A stretch of DNA of 63,926 nucleotides, counting the filler, from Choristocarpus tenellus KU-1152 (taxonomy: Eukaryota > Protista > Phaeophyceae): assembly GCA_964200185.2 (NCBI GenBank). It is 12 parts of 12 records of this genome, joined end to end, with 100 filler letters (N's around TTAATTAATTAA, not from the genome) between each part and the next. Parts side by side here need not be neighbours in the genome. Positions count along the whole stretch, not along the records: positions 1 to 3,355 come from CAXNAD020020586.1; positions 3,456 to 6,890 come from CAXNAD020020042.1; positions 6,991 to 10,288 come from CAXNAD020020951.1; positions 10,389 to 28,973 come from CAXNAD020000535.1; 8 more parts are not named here. One strand, 5' to 3'. Of the stretch, positions 1 to 12,955 are shown piece by piece. Below the pieces are notes generated by a model. It searched no databases, was not told the DNA's origin, and saw nothing but the letters and a program-made list of their open reading frames with translations. Made by a program: the position numbers and the translations under genes. How positions within the stretch are numbered: the first letter of the stretch is position 1; each line of letters begins with the position of its first letter.

Positions 1-35
1 CCCCTCCCAACTCCCCAACTCCCCAACAACCATAC

Positions 36-452
36 CTGCAACATCTCCAACGGCGCCAAAAGCCTCATCCGTGCCCCACCCACCATGTTCTGCGGGGCGG
101 AGCCATACGGCAGACATAGAACAAATCGCTTTGTATCCGAATCAAACATGCTTGGCATACCCCAGCTAGACCCACTGAACAGTGTCGGAAGGCCCTGTCT
201 AAACTTACGAGCAACAAAGTCAAGAACTATGCTGGTAGAAAAGAACTCTTGCCTCCTGGTCTCCAGGGCCCTGGCAAGGGGCCCAGAAAAATTTGAACAA
301 CGTTTACCAACAAATTCAGGTTCAAGAGTCCAGTGCACGGCTGCATAGCCCTGGCCAAAGTCTGCCCCACTCTCAGAAAAGCCAACCACCGTGTTGGGCA
401 GGCGGTGTAGCATTTCGAGCACTAGGCTGTCCACGTCCGCCTTTTGTGGTCA

Positions 453-483
<31 letters not shown>

Positions 484-3240
484 GTATACATACAGTATAC
501 ATACAGTATACATACAGATATGAGAGAGAGGCAGAAAGACGAAACAAGAATAACAATTTCGTTAGAAATAAAAAATAGAAATAAGAATGGGAATAATATT
601 GCGTTCATCAGAAACAACAAGTCAATAAAGAAATATTATCATTTCTGTTCTAAAATTATATATATAGAATGATAACAAGCAGACGAGGGGAATACGTAGA
701 GGAGACACAATGATACACAATGATGGGACGACTACTACTACTACTACTACTACTGCCACTGTTGCCAAGATATATCGCAATTTCAGTTGATCATCAGAAT
801 TGCATTGGATGGGGGGGGGGGGTATTGGGGTGGTGGTAAGCAGAGCACAATCCATAAGGGAATGGAGAGCAGGAGAGAACAGTATGTATACGTGCCTGAT
901 CATGACAAATTACCCAACAAATTACCCAACAAAAAAACAGCACACTAACTTATCACATTCACACATTACCTTTCCACATTCACTCTCTATAACGCATTCA
1001 GATCACCAAGAGCAAACAAAAACGCCTTCCAGTAGCAATCCATCCACCGAGAGGACTTTCCACCCCCCTCAAAAATCCTATTCTCAAATACAACAAAAGC
1101 ATTTCCACTCAGTCTCTCCCCCAGCCAAACCACCATCAACAAATCAGTAGAGCAAAAAGCAATATATACAAGCCCCATCAAGAGGCAAATGAAAAAGAGA
1201 TGACCCAGAAATCAGTCCCATGGTTCTCAATTGTTTAAGGGAATAAATTTTGCACTGTGGTTGATCAGATGAGACCCAATAGTGAACAACGATGCTCTTC
1301 AATGGTACTCTCTCGCCATCATCAGAGTCCAATCATAAGGCAAGGAAATCTATTTGTAGTGTTACAAAAAGCAACATTATACGCCCTTTCTACAAGAACC
1401 ACGATCACTACTTCTGCTGCCTCTTCTATGATTACCACGCTGGACCAAATGTTGCTGGTATTAATGCCCTGGGGCCAGGCTGTCACCATAATAATAATAA
1501 TAATAATCCAACCACCAACAGCAAACAAACGATTCTAGCACACCAAAAACCACTGTCCAAAACCGCCTGAAGAAAAAAATACCACCTCCTCAAGAAACAA
1601 TACCACATACGCATTAACACCTATCACCCCCCCCTCACAGTAGAGTCATACCACAACACCCTCACAAAATAAAATACCCCAACTGCCACTATCCCCCTTT
1701 TACCTGCATCCGTAGGAGAAACCTTCGGTGCTTGGAATCACGTTCCGCTGCTATTCCTATCGCACGAGTCACATTAAATGCAGGTACGAGAGGGTTCCTG
1801 GGTTGTGCAAACGTTTCAGGATGGGAGGTAGGGCGGAGCGGGGCGGGGCGGGGGGGGAAGAGGGTGGGGGGAAAGGTGAACTTCAACTCCACCAAAACGT
1901 GTGAACTTCGAACCAAGTCATGAACGTGTGAACCAGGACGCAAGCAGCAACCTCCTGAAACTGTGAATGAAAAGTTCCAACGATTTCGTTTGTTCACTCA
2001 GCAACAGAACATTGTAAGGCTGCATAACGATATACTCGTGTCTTTCAGAAAAAATGCAAAGACACACACAGACACACAGACACACAAACACACACATACA
2101 AGCGCATCACCGTACACCGAGGCCAACAGCAGAACCTGCTGTCTATCCATGTCACAGGGTTAGGGAGGGGAATGGAACTCTCCGATATTTTTTTTTAATT
2201 ACCACGATTCGAGCTCTCACAAAACAAGAACAAATTATTAATCTTCAACACACAGAGACACAGTAGAGAATGGTTTTAGAGTACACACTAAAGGCGATTT
2301 TTCTTTTTATTGAATGAAAAAGTCTTCAAGATGCGCCTCACTTGGCCATGGTGATCCCCTTCCAGATGCAGTGGTTGAAAGTTGCAGCCCCCACAGCCAA
2401 TTCCCCCTCAAGCAGCGTGGCTACAGTCTGTTCGTTCAAATCGCACCCATGTGCAATGAGACAACTTAGTGCCTCCATTTGACTGTACGCTGCGGCATAG
2501 TCAACCGCCGTCCTGAGTGTACACAAGGATAAACACACACACACACACACACACACACATAAGAGATTTTGTGTTCAACAAAATTGTTTCACTCAAAGGT
2601 AGAACAAGAACAACTCAATATAGTCAGTTAAGAGTCTGCCCACTTCACAACAGTGTACACTTCGCAATGGTGCAGTCTTCATCGGCAATCTAGAACAAAA
2701 ATATAAAGAAATTGTGAGCAAAATATTTCAAACAGTGGCACCGCCATTTCTGTACCGACAAACACTGACAAAAAAATAAAATTAAATTAAATTAAGTTAA
2801 ATTAAATTAAATTAAACTAAATTAAAATGATACGTCCCCCGGCCCCATCATTGATGGATGACTTACCGCACCATCAACACCCCTAGTAACACCTCTCTTA
2901 ATTGTACAATCTTTAAAAAATTAATTAAATGGAATCAGCAATCAAGAGCACCAAGATAAATAAACGACAAATGGCCCAACGGAAACAGGGACCCAAATTT
3001 CAAGCAAGCGTTCCAGCACACACACGCTGTGTTCCCCCACGGGAACAAAATCCCCAACAGTCAAAAGAAGAAGTCACCTCTGCCGCCGTGTTTCATCCAT
3101 ATCACACCCGTGTGCCAGTAGCACCTCAAGGAGAGGTGTCAGGCTGCTAGAGTCTAGGGTATTTGAGGCAGCTGCAAACATGAGTGGGGTGGGCAGAGCA
3201 GAATCCTTGCTTCCGGATTGCAACTCAAGCTTCAACTGCA
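36..3240 (-). CDS. Ankyrin-repeat TRP-like ion channel, internal exons (partial gene)
   Basis: Exons with GT-AG borders read manually: 2512-2342 (ankyrin-like TAVDYAAAYSQMEALSCLIAHGCDLN), 1797-1704 (NPLVPAFNVTRAIGIAAERDSKHRRFLLRMQ) and 440-36 (ADVDSLVLEMLHRLPNTVVGF...WTLEPEFVGKRCSNFSGPLARALETRRQEFFSTSIVLDFVARKFRQGLP...). The last two join in phase 0. TPLMFAAA near 3170-3190 is a further ankyrin-like motif. The LxRLP...EPE...GPL...LDF..RKF..GLP block resembles the pre-transmembrane region of brown-algal ankyrin/TRP-like channels, as recalled rather than searched. Small intermediate exons are uncertain. Confidence 0.65.
457..483. repeat. (TA)n microsatellite
   Basis: Perfect dinucleotide run next to the acceptor of the 440-36 exon. 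Confidence 0.95.
2778..2826. repeat. (AAATT)n pentanucleotide microsatellite
   Basis: About 9-10 slightly imperfect TAAAT units. Confidence 0.9.
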
Positions 3241-3355
3241 GGTACGCAGTAGTTGTACGACATCCGTTTGGTTTTTTTAAAACCAAAAATTGAGGGGGGG
3301 GGGGGGGGGGGGGGGAAAGGGGGGGAAAGGGAGAAAAAAAGCAAAAAAAAAGGCC

Positions 3356-3455
3356 NNNNNNNNNNNNNNNNNNNNNNNNNNNNNNNNNNNNNNNNNNNNT
3401 TAATTAATTAANNNNNNNNNNNNNNNNNNNNNNNNNNNNNNNNNNNNNNNNNNNN
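3356..3455. other. Artificial contig linker 1 (N44-TTAATTAATTAA-N44)
   Basis: 100-bp spacer whose core gives stops in all six frames; repeated identically 11 times in the window. Confidence 0.98.
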
Positions 3456-3530
3456 ATACGTACATAGTTTTCATTGGTTTCCCCCTGACACATCTGCAAA
3501 ATGTCAGAGGGCATAAAAATAAAAATATGC
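3456..3530. mobile_element. Partial arm of foldback element family C
   Basis: tagttttcattggtttccccctgacacatctgcaaaatgtcagagggcataa is a near-exact reverse complement of about 28771-28823; truncated by the contig start. Confidence 0.7.
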
Positions 3531-4356
3531 AATATGATACCATGAAAAAAAAAAGGACTACATCAATTTTTTAAGAATCACACTACAGGTTTACTTACTG
3601 TTACTGACACTACACTTATACCGTCATAATTTTATATGCCGTTACAAGTGCTGAACTGAATTGTCCCTAGATTTTACCTCTCTCGATTCTGTTTTATGAA
3701 ATTGTGGTAGGACGGTGGTTCCAAACACGAAGACACGAAGTCCAATGCTGTTTATGCTCACTGTCTATCACCAAGGGTACCCTGCCAAGGACAATGGTCG
3801 TGAAAGCGTCGTGGGGAGAAGCCCAACCTCAAATCAAATGCGGAAAACGACCAATTGATACTGCTCCAGCATGGATTGGGGTGCCTGATCTCTCGGGAGT
3901 GGATTTGACCAAGACTCAGAGATTTCCTTACCTTCCAATAAACAGGCTAAGGAAGCGAAGGTGGAAAGATGATTGGTTGGAACGTTCTCTCGGATGTTCA
4001 CCTTACAACCAGGCGAGTTAATGCCGCTTTCCCGCAATCACTACCTATCATCTCAAGAGAATGTGGGTCATTCCCACACAAAGTTGGGGGATAGTCTTGC
4101 GAACATTTCGCTTGAAGTGATAGAGTGATCGATGGATTGCACGCTCATGAACAGGTGTATACTATATGTGTATGCTGTACTGTTGATCTCACAAGTGATA
4201 GTTGCAGTAAAGAGAGAACTGTTTCAGTCTAGTGTATCCCAAAAAGTATATCATCACCACATAAACTCACGTTGCCATGTACTTCGTGTTTCATACGTCC
4301 ATCAACCATGCTATTCTCATGTATATGTTTCATCCCCTATGCACTCCACCAACGTG

Positions 4357-6775
4357 GTGCCATCAACCCTCCTCCAGTCTGTTGCCCCCATCCCCGAGCA
4401 GCCCATGACAACCGTCCAGGAAGTTGTCGCACGCCGCATTCTCAAGCTTCGCACCAGGCTAGGTATCAATGCCTGTGATCTCCAGCAGCCCTCAGTTGCA
4501 ATAGAAGCTGACCGAAGAGCAGGAACAGCTCCGGCTGGTGGTAGCAATGAAGGCGTTTGTGTAGACCTCCAGCGTTGGAAAGAGGAGGCAGACGATATGC
4601 TGATTCTTCTGGGTCGGGATGCGGAGCATGCACACCAGTATCCGTTGACGACTCTCAAGAACCAGGTAGTTTCTAAAACCAAAGTATCTGAAGTACGTAC
4701 GGTAACGATAATTTTGAGTGTTGTCAACTTGGCGTGAGTAAAAGCTGTAGGCTGCATACTTTTTCCAAATGTTGTTGACTGGTGGCTAGCAATTACTTCG
4801 AAGGACAGACTAGTATGAACTCTTACCTGCAGCTTAGTGCAGGAAGTATCAACTCATTATTGATATACCCAAGTCCCCACAAATATAATCCTCTGCCAGT
4901 ATAAATCCATGATACCAACACATTCCTACTGTGACACAGTGTTTGTCTGATACACCCCTTGCAGATATCAAATTCGTTCCAATAATCATCCAGGGAATAT
5001 TAACCAAAATAATGTTCATTGTAGTTCGTCTGCCCATACCAACTACTTGAACACTTTGTTTTGATTGTACTCTCAGGTGGCAGGATCCCTTGATTGTAAT
5101 AGAGACTTCATGGTGGATCCAGATACAGATAACAAAGGCAAGCCATCTGACATAGGACAACAGGGCAGAGGTAGCCCTCCATTTGGTGCACCCCTCTCAG
5201 AACAACAGGAAGTGCCAGGATTTGCTGGACCAGTCTCAGGCCAGGATATGAGTATTAGCTACTACCACCTTCCAGAGTATCGCCATGGGCACCCCTGGCC
5301 ACAGGTACGGAGATTGGACAATGGGGTGGAAGCAGCGAGAGCGAGGGCAGCTAGGCATAGGCGTACAGAGCAGGGTGTGTCAACCCCTGCAGATATAGAG
5401 GAGGATAGGGAGGATAGGGTTTCTGAGTACATGGCAGTTATTCTACCTGAAGAGTTTGCTCCATTGCCAGTGCCAGATGGAGAAGATGGGGTGGTGGAAA
5501 GGGTAGGAATGGGTTCAGATGCGGGTAAACGACACAAAGTCTCAAGAGAGGCCAGTGCATCAGCTGGGAAAGGTTCTTCCTTTAGGTGAGTGCCTATTTT
5601 GCAACTCCTGGGCTTGCATGATGGTCAAATGTCCTCACAATATGACAGAGGATACAACACTGTTGTCTACTATTCACCTGATTTCAAAGGAGGCTATCAA
5701 TCAGTGTTTGAGAAGTTAGTCCACTTTGCATGAGTAGTTGCTTGTACTTATGTGTGGATTTATGTGCTCTTACTCCTGCACAGTGGTCGAAAATTGGTAT
5801 GATAGAATGATCAAATTGTGCACAAAAACTGGGTATACGTACTCACACTTTATCCTTTCAATGAACGGACAAATATATTCACTTTGACATTTCAATCGCA
5901 TGAGTGTGGGTAGCGGCAATAAGATGGCTTAGCGCTAGATGATAGGTAAGGATGAAAGATTAGCGGAGGAGAGAAATATTTCTGCGCCTATATGTGGCCT
6001 TCCTCTGATAGGCCGAACACTCTGAACTGAAGCATACTTTGTTGAAGGGGAAAAGCCTCATCACTGGCAGAAGAAGACAGTACTAGTCTCTGGGCTTCAT
6101 TTAAGCGTACTTGTTTACTAGCTCATACAAACCCAATCCCCATCTATTTTGAATCTATTGCAGTCTTTGGGTTCATAAAATTAATCTCCAGCACATTCTT
6201 TTGGTATCCTTACCTGTACTGCCCTGGTAGGTTTTTTGTCCAGATTTGTTGATCTGCTCAGATTTGCTCCCCTTGTCACTCACAAGTTTCTGCTGTCTGT
6301 AGACATGCCCTCTGGTGCATCAGACTATCATTTCCTGGTCTTTGAGTTGGAACCCTACCACATGGGCTCTGCAATTTTGACCAGGGTAACTTCCCCAAAG
6401 CTGGCTTCTGGCAAGGAAGGGTCTACAGACACCACATGGTCTAGAAAGGGCCAGATGACTGTGCAGCGGCTCAAGGGTATTAGTTTGGAAGAGAGGTCTC
6501 GCAGGCGACTTGCAGCTTTCCTTGCCAGGTCTGGTGGAGGCTGCTTTGGATCCAGTCCTAGGGGCAAGACTTTGGACCATACCAGGGCTGACCCCAAGGG
6601 TGTGAGTGAGGCCTGCACAATATTTGGAGTGGAGAAAACCATAATCTCAGATAAAGTGAATGACCACATTGACACAGGTCTTGAATTTGAGGAGGCTGAG
6701 GCAGTAGCAAGGTGGGTTGAGATATACCAGGGAACTGGAACTGATGACTTTATGAGTTGGTGGGGGTGGGGGAAG
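4357..6775 (+). CDS. Multi-exon gene of unknown function (partial)
   Basis: Three long open exon-like segments with compatible phases: about 4357-4665 (ends CAG|GTAGTT), 5077-5585 (TCTCAG| ... AG|GTGAGT) and 6244-6775 (TTTTTGTCCAG| ... AAG|GTTTG). No recognisable domain; the 5' boundary is uncertain. Confidence 0.55.
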
Positions 6776-6890
6776 GTTTGCATCATGTGCAGTACTGTCA
6801 ACAGTTTGGAGACGGCCTACTGCACCCACCCTACACCTACCTTACCCCTGTTCGAGCCAGGCTCCTAACCAAATTCCTGTAACCCCCTAC

Positions 6891-6990
6891 NNNNNNNNNN
6901 NNNNNNNNNNNNNNNNNNNNNNNNNNNNNNNNNNTTAATTAATTAANNNNNNNNNNNNNNNNNNNNNNNNNNNNNNNNNNNNNNNNNNNN
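6891..6990. other. Artificial contig linker 2
   Basis: N44-TTAATTAATTAA-N44. Confidence 0.98.
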
Positions 6991-7048
6991 TTTGGGCGCC
7001 CGGGTGGGATTTAAAATGCCAAAAAAAAAAAATTTTTTTGACCAAAAC

Positions 7049-7088
<40 letters not shown>

Positions 7089-7103
7089 CAGATACTTTGA
7101 CCC
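6991..7103. mobile_element. MITE family A, terminal fragment at contig start
   Basis: Poly-C tract followed by cagatactttgaccc, the family A terminus; the preceding bases look like low-quality sequence. Confidence 0.8.
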
Positions 7104-8399
7104 ATATGCCAGTACTGACTGCTGTGAACAATACCGTACTGGGCCAACAGTTGAAAAAAATACTGTTATTTGCAGGGTCAGTTGCAAGCATGGGGTATGG
7201 GCTATGATTAAAGGGTTTTGATGTTTAGGGAGCTAACAGATGAAAAACGGAAGCAAAAGTGACAGGAGAAGAACCGGTGAATATACATTCAAAGTAACCT
7301 GGAGAAGTTTGGTGTGGTGGTTGAGAGATGGAGCACAAGGGCAACCCACCAAAAAAGGAAGTACGACTGTGTGGTTGGCAGCAAAGTGAGCTTCATATGG
7401 CAAAGTGGCATCCCGAGGAAAATGTGATGGCTGATGTATTGTGCTATAGCAGTAGCTAAGGCAACCCACGACACCAACATCACCATCTGCTGAATTCTTC
7501 CTTCTAACATGCGTGTCCCTCTTTTGGGTTGATTTTTGTGGTGTCTTTTTTGGTGTGGCTGATATTATGGGTTAGTGCATCACACTTGCCAGGTTCTCTT
7601 TGTCGCACTCATAAATACAATGGGTTCATTAACACCTCCTTCCTTTTCCTCTTCTATTCAACTAATGGGCCAATTCCCCACATTGCTAGTTATTGATCAT
7701 TGCGATTTTTCGTATGTTTTGGCTCTATTTTCCCATAATGGTAACACAAAATCATACTTGGAAGTACGGAATTTCAACTTAAGACATTTGCTCCAAAACT
7801 TATTGAGCAGTGGAGTTAACCTCGACTTCAGTTGCCAAGACTGAAATTCCGGGAAGATGGGACATATGATTTGAAGCCAGAGTAGTAGCATTGTATCTAG
7901 GTGGAGATATCACTGTGGGTGGCACATTTGAAAAGGTGTGGAAGAAGCCTTTGACTCCCTCGTATAGTGTAACCTCCAGAGTGGAATACAGGAACTGTGA
8001 TAGCCTCCTTGCAGGTGCCAGGGTACTTGACTTGGGATATACTAGGAAGGAACAAAAATCAAAGAATAATGTCAACCCCGTACAGACGACATCTGGACGC
8101 TCGATACGGATGTCAGGATGTAATAGCTGCAAGATGGGTAACCAAGTTTGGGTTAGGTTTTGGAAGATGTGCGTGAAGAAGTGAAAATGAGATTACAGTT
8201 GAGAGGTGGAGGTTGAAGCTTTGCGTTTATTTTATTTCTCCCCTACCACAATCTGCCCAACATCTCGTCAACGGACATAATAATACATATTATGACATAG
8301 TAGTTTATATGTACGTCATGTTCTATGATGTCACGTCGGTCGCACTATCTCGGGTCTCCTCACCACCCAATCTCTTAAGGATCATACAAACCTTTCCTT

Positions 8400-10288
8400 A
8401 CCACTCGTGGATGACAACCAGCCTCGAGTATTGGGGTTGTCAGAGATGTTCCTCTCGCAAGAAGTTAGTGACATTTTGACCAAATTTGCCAAGGGCAAAG
8501 GATTGAAGAAGAAAGGAAGCAGAAATCTGGCGTTTCCTCTCTACTTTCGAGCAGTCCTTTTCCCAAGCTGGAAGAAGTTGAAGACGGGGATATTTCCATT
8601 GAGGACAGACGCATTCGATCTAGGATCTCTTTTCGAGAGCTACCCCCTGATCTTCGGATTACTTGTCATAGAGAACGTATGCTCGACAACTTTGAGGTCA
8701 TGGTAAGACTACAGTTGCCCCTTTACATCCAAGATGACGAGTCTGCCTCTGCTGCGTGTCTCAGCGGAGGCGTGATCATACACCTTGAAGGCTTGATCTT
8801 TATTCTATGTTCATAGGTGATCGAAGTCTGCAGCCAAACTTGTGTCCCACAATAGCTTCAATATTGTAAGGTCCAATGGTTATTTGGGACTCAACATAAT
8901 CAAGATCCGGTAATGGTAAAGTACGGCCAAGCGAAAATTGGTTGAGGTTCATAAAGTCAGGTTCAGGTGGTTGTGTGTTCGGAATGTAAGGCTTCAAGTG
9001 GGCCAAGTCAACAGAAATATCTTTGATGGTGCCACATTGTTTTCAGACATAGTAAACTACAGGGGAAATCTTTGTCCTGTGAAAGGTCCACGCCAGGAGG
9101 GGTGAATCGATTTGGGATTGGGTCCATCAGTCAGTGCGTCGATGATGTACCAAAACTTGAGATCCAACTTTAAATATGGGCAAAACAAGACTTTCATTGT
9201 TAGCCATTCATTTAGCATTCCGTTCTCCCAGATTCCAATGGGGTAATTCACAAGCTAACTGTAAATTCTCAGGTGTTTGACGGAGTATACTCTCGACTAA
9301 ATTCGGTTACTACTGTTGAATTGGATAGACCCCCCAAAAATTGGTATATTTTGGAATGTTGGACAGGTTCAAAAAAGAAGGGGGGAAAAAAATTTGGAAT
9401 GTGGTGTTGAGTGCCAAATTTTGAGCAAGCTGAAAGAAAGTTCTCTGTTTGCTTGCTCTTATCGATATTGTTGGGGGATTATCCATATTAGGCACAGTGA
9501 TATCCGGTAACATTTCCTGTCTCTGACCTTGATATATCCGAGGTATTATCAACCGGTGTTGTTTGATGAATTAGTTGTTACTCCCAGCCAGGCTGTGCAT
9601 TGTTTCAGGTGAATACTAACATGTATGTGTTGGTGTCTTAATATCCGGAAATACGTGACAGCGCATAGAATTTAAGTAGCACCATTATATATGGAATGTC
9701 AGTCATTGTTTAGTAATTCTAACCACGACTAACCTCGGGTTCTCAGGTGTTTGTGCTAGTATCATTCGCGTATATCATTACTTTTTATCTTCCAGCGATA
9801 CTTACCATGACCTCCTTCATATCGTGAATTAGTGTGTCCAGGATAAGTCATAGGTGATCTGTAACTTTTTCAAGTTCTACTTATTATTAGGAATGAAGCG
9901 CTTACCATTATTCTACAATACTAATAATCATATTGAATCGATATATGATGCACCATACAGGTGAACACCATCCATTTTTCCAAGACACTCACACGTTTAC
10001 TCGAGTATATATCGAAAGGGAACGAAATTGATGTGATAATTTCGATGGTGGTTAGTATTAACAGTGGTAATTCAATATAATGAGTTCGTTTCCTTGATAT
10101 GGATATTTCACAAGAGACACCTAGTTGTACATCTGTCGCCTCTCACTTGTGACACACATTACCACATTGCACAAATACAATAATAATCCAATTGCCCATT
10201 TGTCAACTCTAATCTTGTAGTTTAAAACATCAATATTTGTGAATATAACAGGGGATTCGCAAAATTGAGGATGGAGCGGGACTATGAG
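8400..10288 (-). mobile_element. Decayed Ty3/Gypsy (chromovirus-type) retrotransposon, integrase C-terminus and chromodomain
   Basis: Minus-strand remnants: SIHPSWRGPF (GPY/F motif, about 9080-9110), HLKPY, then GPYNIEAIVGHK...IE*, followed by frameshifted KIK/QG/YDHAS (chromodomain-like). Many stops and frameshifts; boundaries are approximate. Confidence 0.75.
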
Positions 10289-10388
10289 NNNNNNNNNNNN
10301 NNNNNNNNNNNNNNNNNNNNNNNNNNNNNNNNTTAATTAATTAANNNNNNNNNNNNNNNNNNNNNNNNNNNNNNNNNNNNNNNNNNNN
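10289..10388. other. Artificial contig linker 3
   Basis: N44-TTAATTAATTAA-N44. Confidence 0.98.
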
Positions 10389-10510
10389 GTGTAGACCCCC
10401 CCCCCCCTCCAGATACTTTGGGTCATTATCCATCCGAAGGATGCAACCAAATCACACAAAAATCGCGACATGAAAATATTGAAGGGACAGTCGCCACCCA
10501 CTCCAGATAC
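10389..10510. mobile_element. Two nested family A MITE fragments
   Basis: 10389-10424 is an intact terminus (gtgtagaccccc...cagatactttgggtc). It directly abuts 10425-10510, the internal and distal half of a more diverged, oppositely oriented copy (attatccatccg...aatcgcgacatgaaaa...cagatac). Confidence 0.8.
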
Positions 10511-12955
10511 AACACAACCAACAACAGAAAAGACAACTATATCAGATGCATTAACCACAGAGGTACGGCATGTAAAACAATGGACAAGAAAACAACGAAA
10601 GGAACTCCTAATCTGACTCTATGAAGGCAGGTGAGAATTAAGTGAAGAATCCCAAGAACAAATGTTCCAAGTCTCTCCAACCCCATCAGCCAGGAGCCTC
10701 CAATCTAAAACGCAAAACTCTTAATTGTAAGTAGGTATCTGGACTTGGGGAGGGGATAAATTAGTGCTGGAGATGTACATTGTTGATTACCTTACCCAGT
10801 GCTTGGGTTGAATATTAGATTATCATTATTTGAGGTTCGAGTTAGCGGTTGGTACTGAGCCTAATTGTTTGAGAGTGAAAAGCGAGAGGCACATCACATC
10901 AGATAGTTTTATCCAACTCCGACTCAAATTCTGAACCCAGATCACTCAGCACTTGTTGTCCATCAAGTTGGAGTTGGAGGGAGGGATCTTGACTGGCACT
11001 TAGCATTGTAGCCCTATTTGTTATCACACTAGACTGGGGACCATCCCAACCCGTGGTCAGAGGCGCTACACGCTGCACTACTTCTACTGTGACAAACTGT
11101 TGGAGTGCGACTAATTGTGCTGTATTCCCTCTGTCCCTGCCTTTCTTCTCGCATGTAGGATTAGGTCATCCCACCCCTCCTTGCTTCACTCTTGCGCTGG
11201 ACTTGCTTCAATGTTTACACCTTGATCTTGATCTTGCTTATATTGTGGTAAAGAGGTAGATGGTGTGTTACAGCTATGCAATCCGCTGTGCTTGCCATGT
11301 GGGACTGGATAATCACAACCAGATTTCCCCCAAAAATAAGCCTGGCTTTGATGAGGTACGAACCCGTAAAAGTCATGTAAAAGTAATCTAAAAGTTATGC
11401 AGGGAGCAGCTTCCTTAACCAGTGAGGAAACAACACTATGATATCATACTTCCCCAATAACCCTAACCCTAATGTGTGGTCGGTGTCAAGTATACCATAT
11501 CTTCAATATATGGGTGCATCTTCCCACACATCCCCCAAGCTGCAGTCAGGTGTCTTCAAAAATTGCCTGGCCCCCTCCCTGGCTGATTGTGTATTGATGG
11601 TGAGGAACTGAGGTGGGCATGCAAGGGCTTCTTGTAGAGATTGTGTGGTTTGAAGTTCTTGGGGCTAGTGAGAATGATGAATGGAATTGAGGGGTTAGGG
11701 GAAGCTGATGGAGAGACAGTTCTTACTTGGTCAGGTTATACAAAGATGAAGCTTTCACAATCCTCATGAAGACCACAACGCAGTGTTGTCTTAGAGTCAG
11801 GACAAATTTGGTTATTGAGAATGTTGTCCTGAACAGCTTGGTCAATCATGTCCAATTTGAAGGGTAACAGTCAGGGTCATTTGATCTCCACCTTATGTTG
11901 TCCAAGACAGCACACAGAGTCCATTTTGTCTAAAGCATCATCCAGGACAATGCTCAGAACCTGTTTGCTCAATAGTGTATGTTGTGCAGACACTGCTCAG
12001 TTCTGAACAATGCTACAACGGTTGAAATTGTACCATGGCGGGGGTGTCATGTATGAGGTATGGAAGCTTTCAAAATTTACAGCAAGTTGCAGGTTGTAAT
12101 TCACCAGAAAAAGAGGTTGGCGTTTGTTTCTGTGAAACAAGAGCTGGGCAGTGGTATGGTATCACGGTATCACATGGATCATTCATACTCTGAACCTACA
12201 GTATCATCAATGGTCTCTCTCACAAAAACCCTGCCTACCAAAACCACCTACGATAAATATCCTACTGGTATTCCCAATCATACAACACAGTGATCGTTGT
12301 TTTGACAACACACACATACGCACCACTGCACTGTGCTGTTGATGAACATGGAATAAGAATAAGAACAAGAACACACCAACAACTCAATGAATGCGTGCAT
12401 CCTGTCTACTGCATCCAAATCTTTGTGAGCTATTCCCAAAATCTTCGACCATCACTTTTCTTATCAGCAAAGTAATCCATCTAACAGTAGTGGGGCATGT
12501 GCACACACACATCTTTACATTCCATTGCACAAAATATGCAGATAGTAGTTTTCTACATGTAAAGAGCATCAAATGAACTGAAAACACGAACCCACATATA
12601 AATAATGCATCTCAATCTGTAGGGACAAGAGCATATATAGCGCTAGTTGCAGCAGAGTCATGCGGCAATCTATTCATGTAGAAACCCTCAACACAGCATC
12701 TACACACACCAAAAGAAACATCTGCCTGCACAGCATTCTTGAAATAGAATGAACTACCTTAACAGAGACCTCTACACATCCCTTCAGTCCAACAAGGTAT
12801 CTCTCTAGAGATAATTGTTTGAAGTGTTGTGAGCAGATGAGTTAGCAAACATCTATACACATATCCATTTCCATCTTCTCATCCTTAACCACCAAGAGTT
12901 AGGGTTAGGGTAAGCTGTCTCTTCAACCACCTGCTCGAATTGTGTGAAGTAGGTC

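Noticed and set aside
85-348. Plus-strand 87-aa ORF
   Set aside because: Antisense shadow of the minus-strand exon 440-36.
3400-3411. TTAATTAATTAA palindrome recurring 11 times as a biological motif
   Set aside because: Always centred in exactly 44+44 Ns; it is an assembly linker.
11000-12050. Possible TE relic with reiterated TGTTGTCC/GGACAA words
   Set aside because: No TIR, LTR, TSD or protein motif could be defined.
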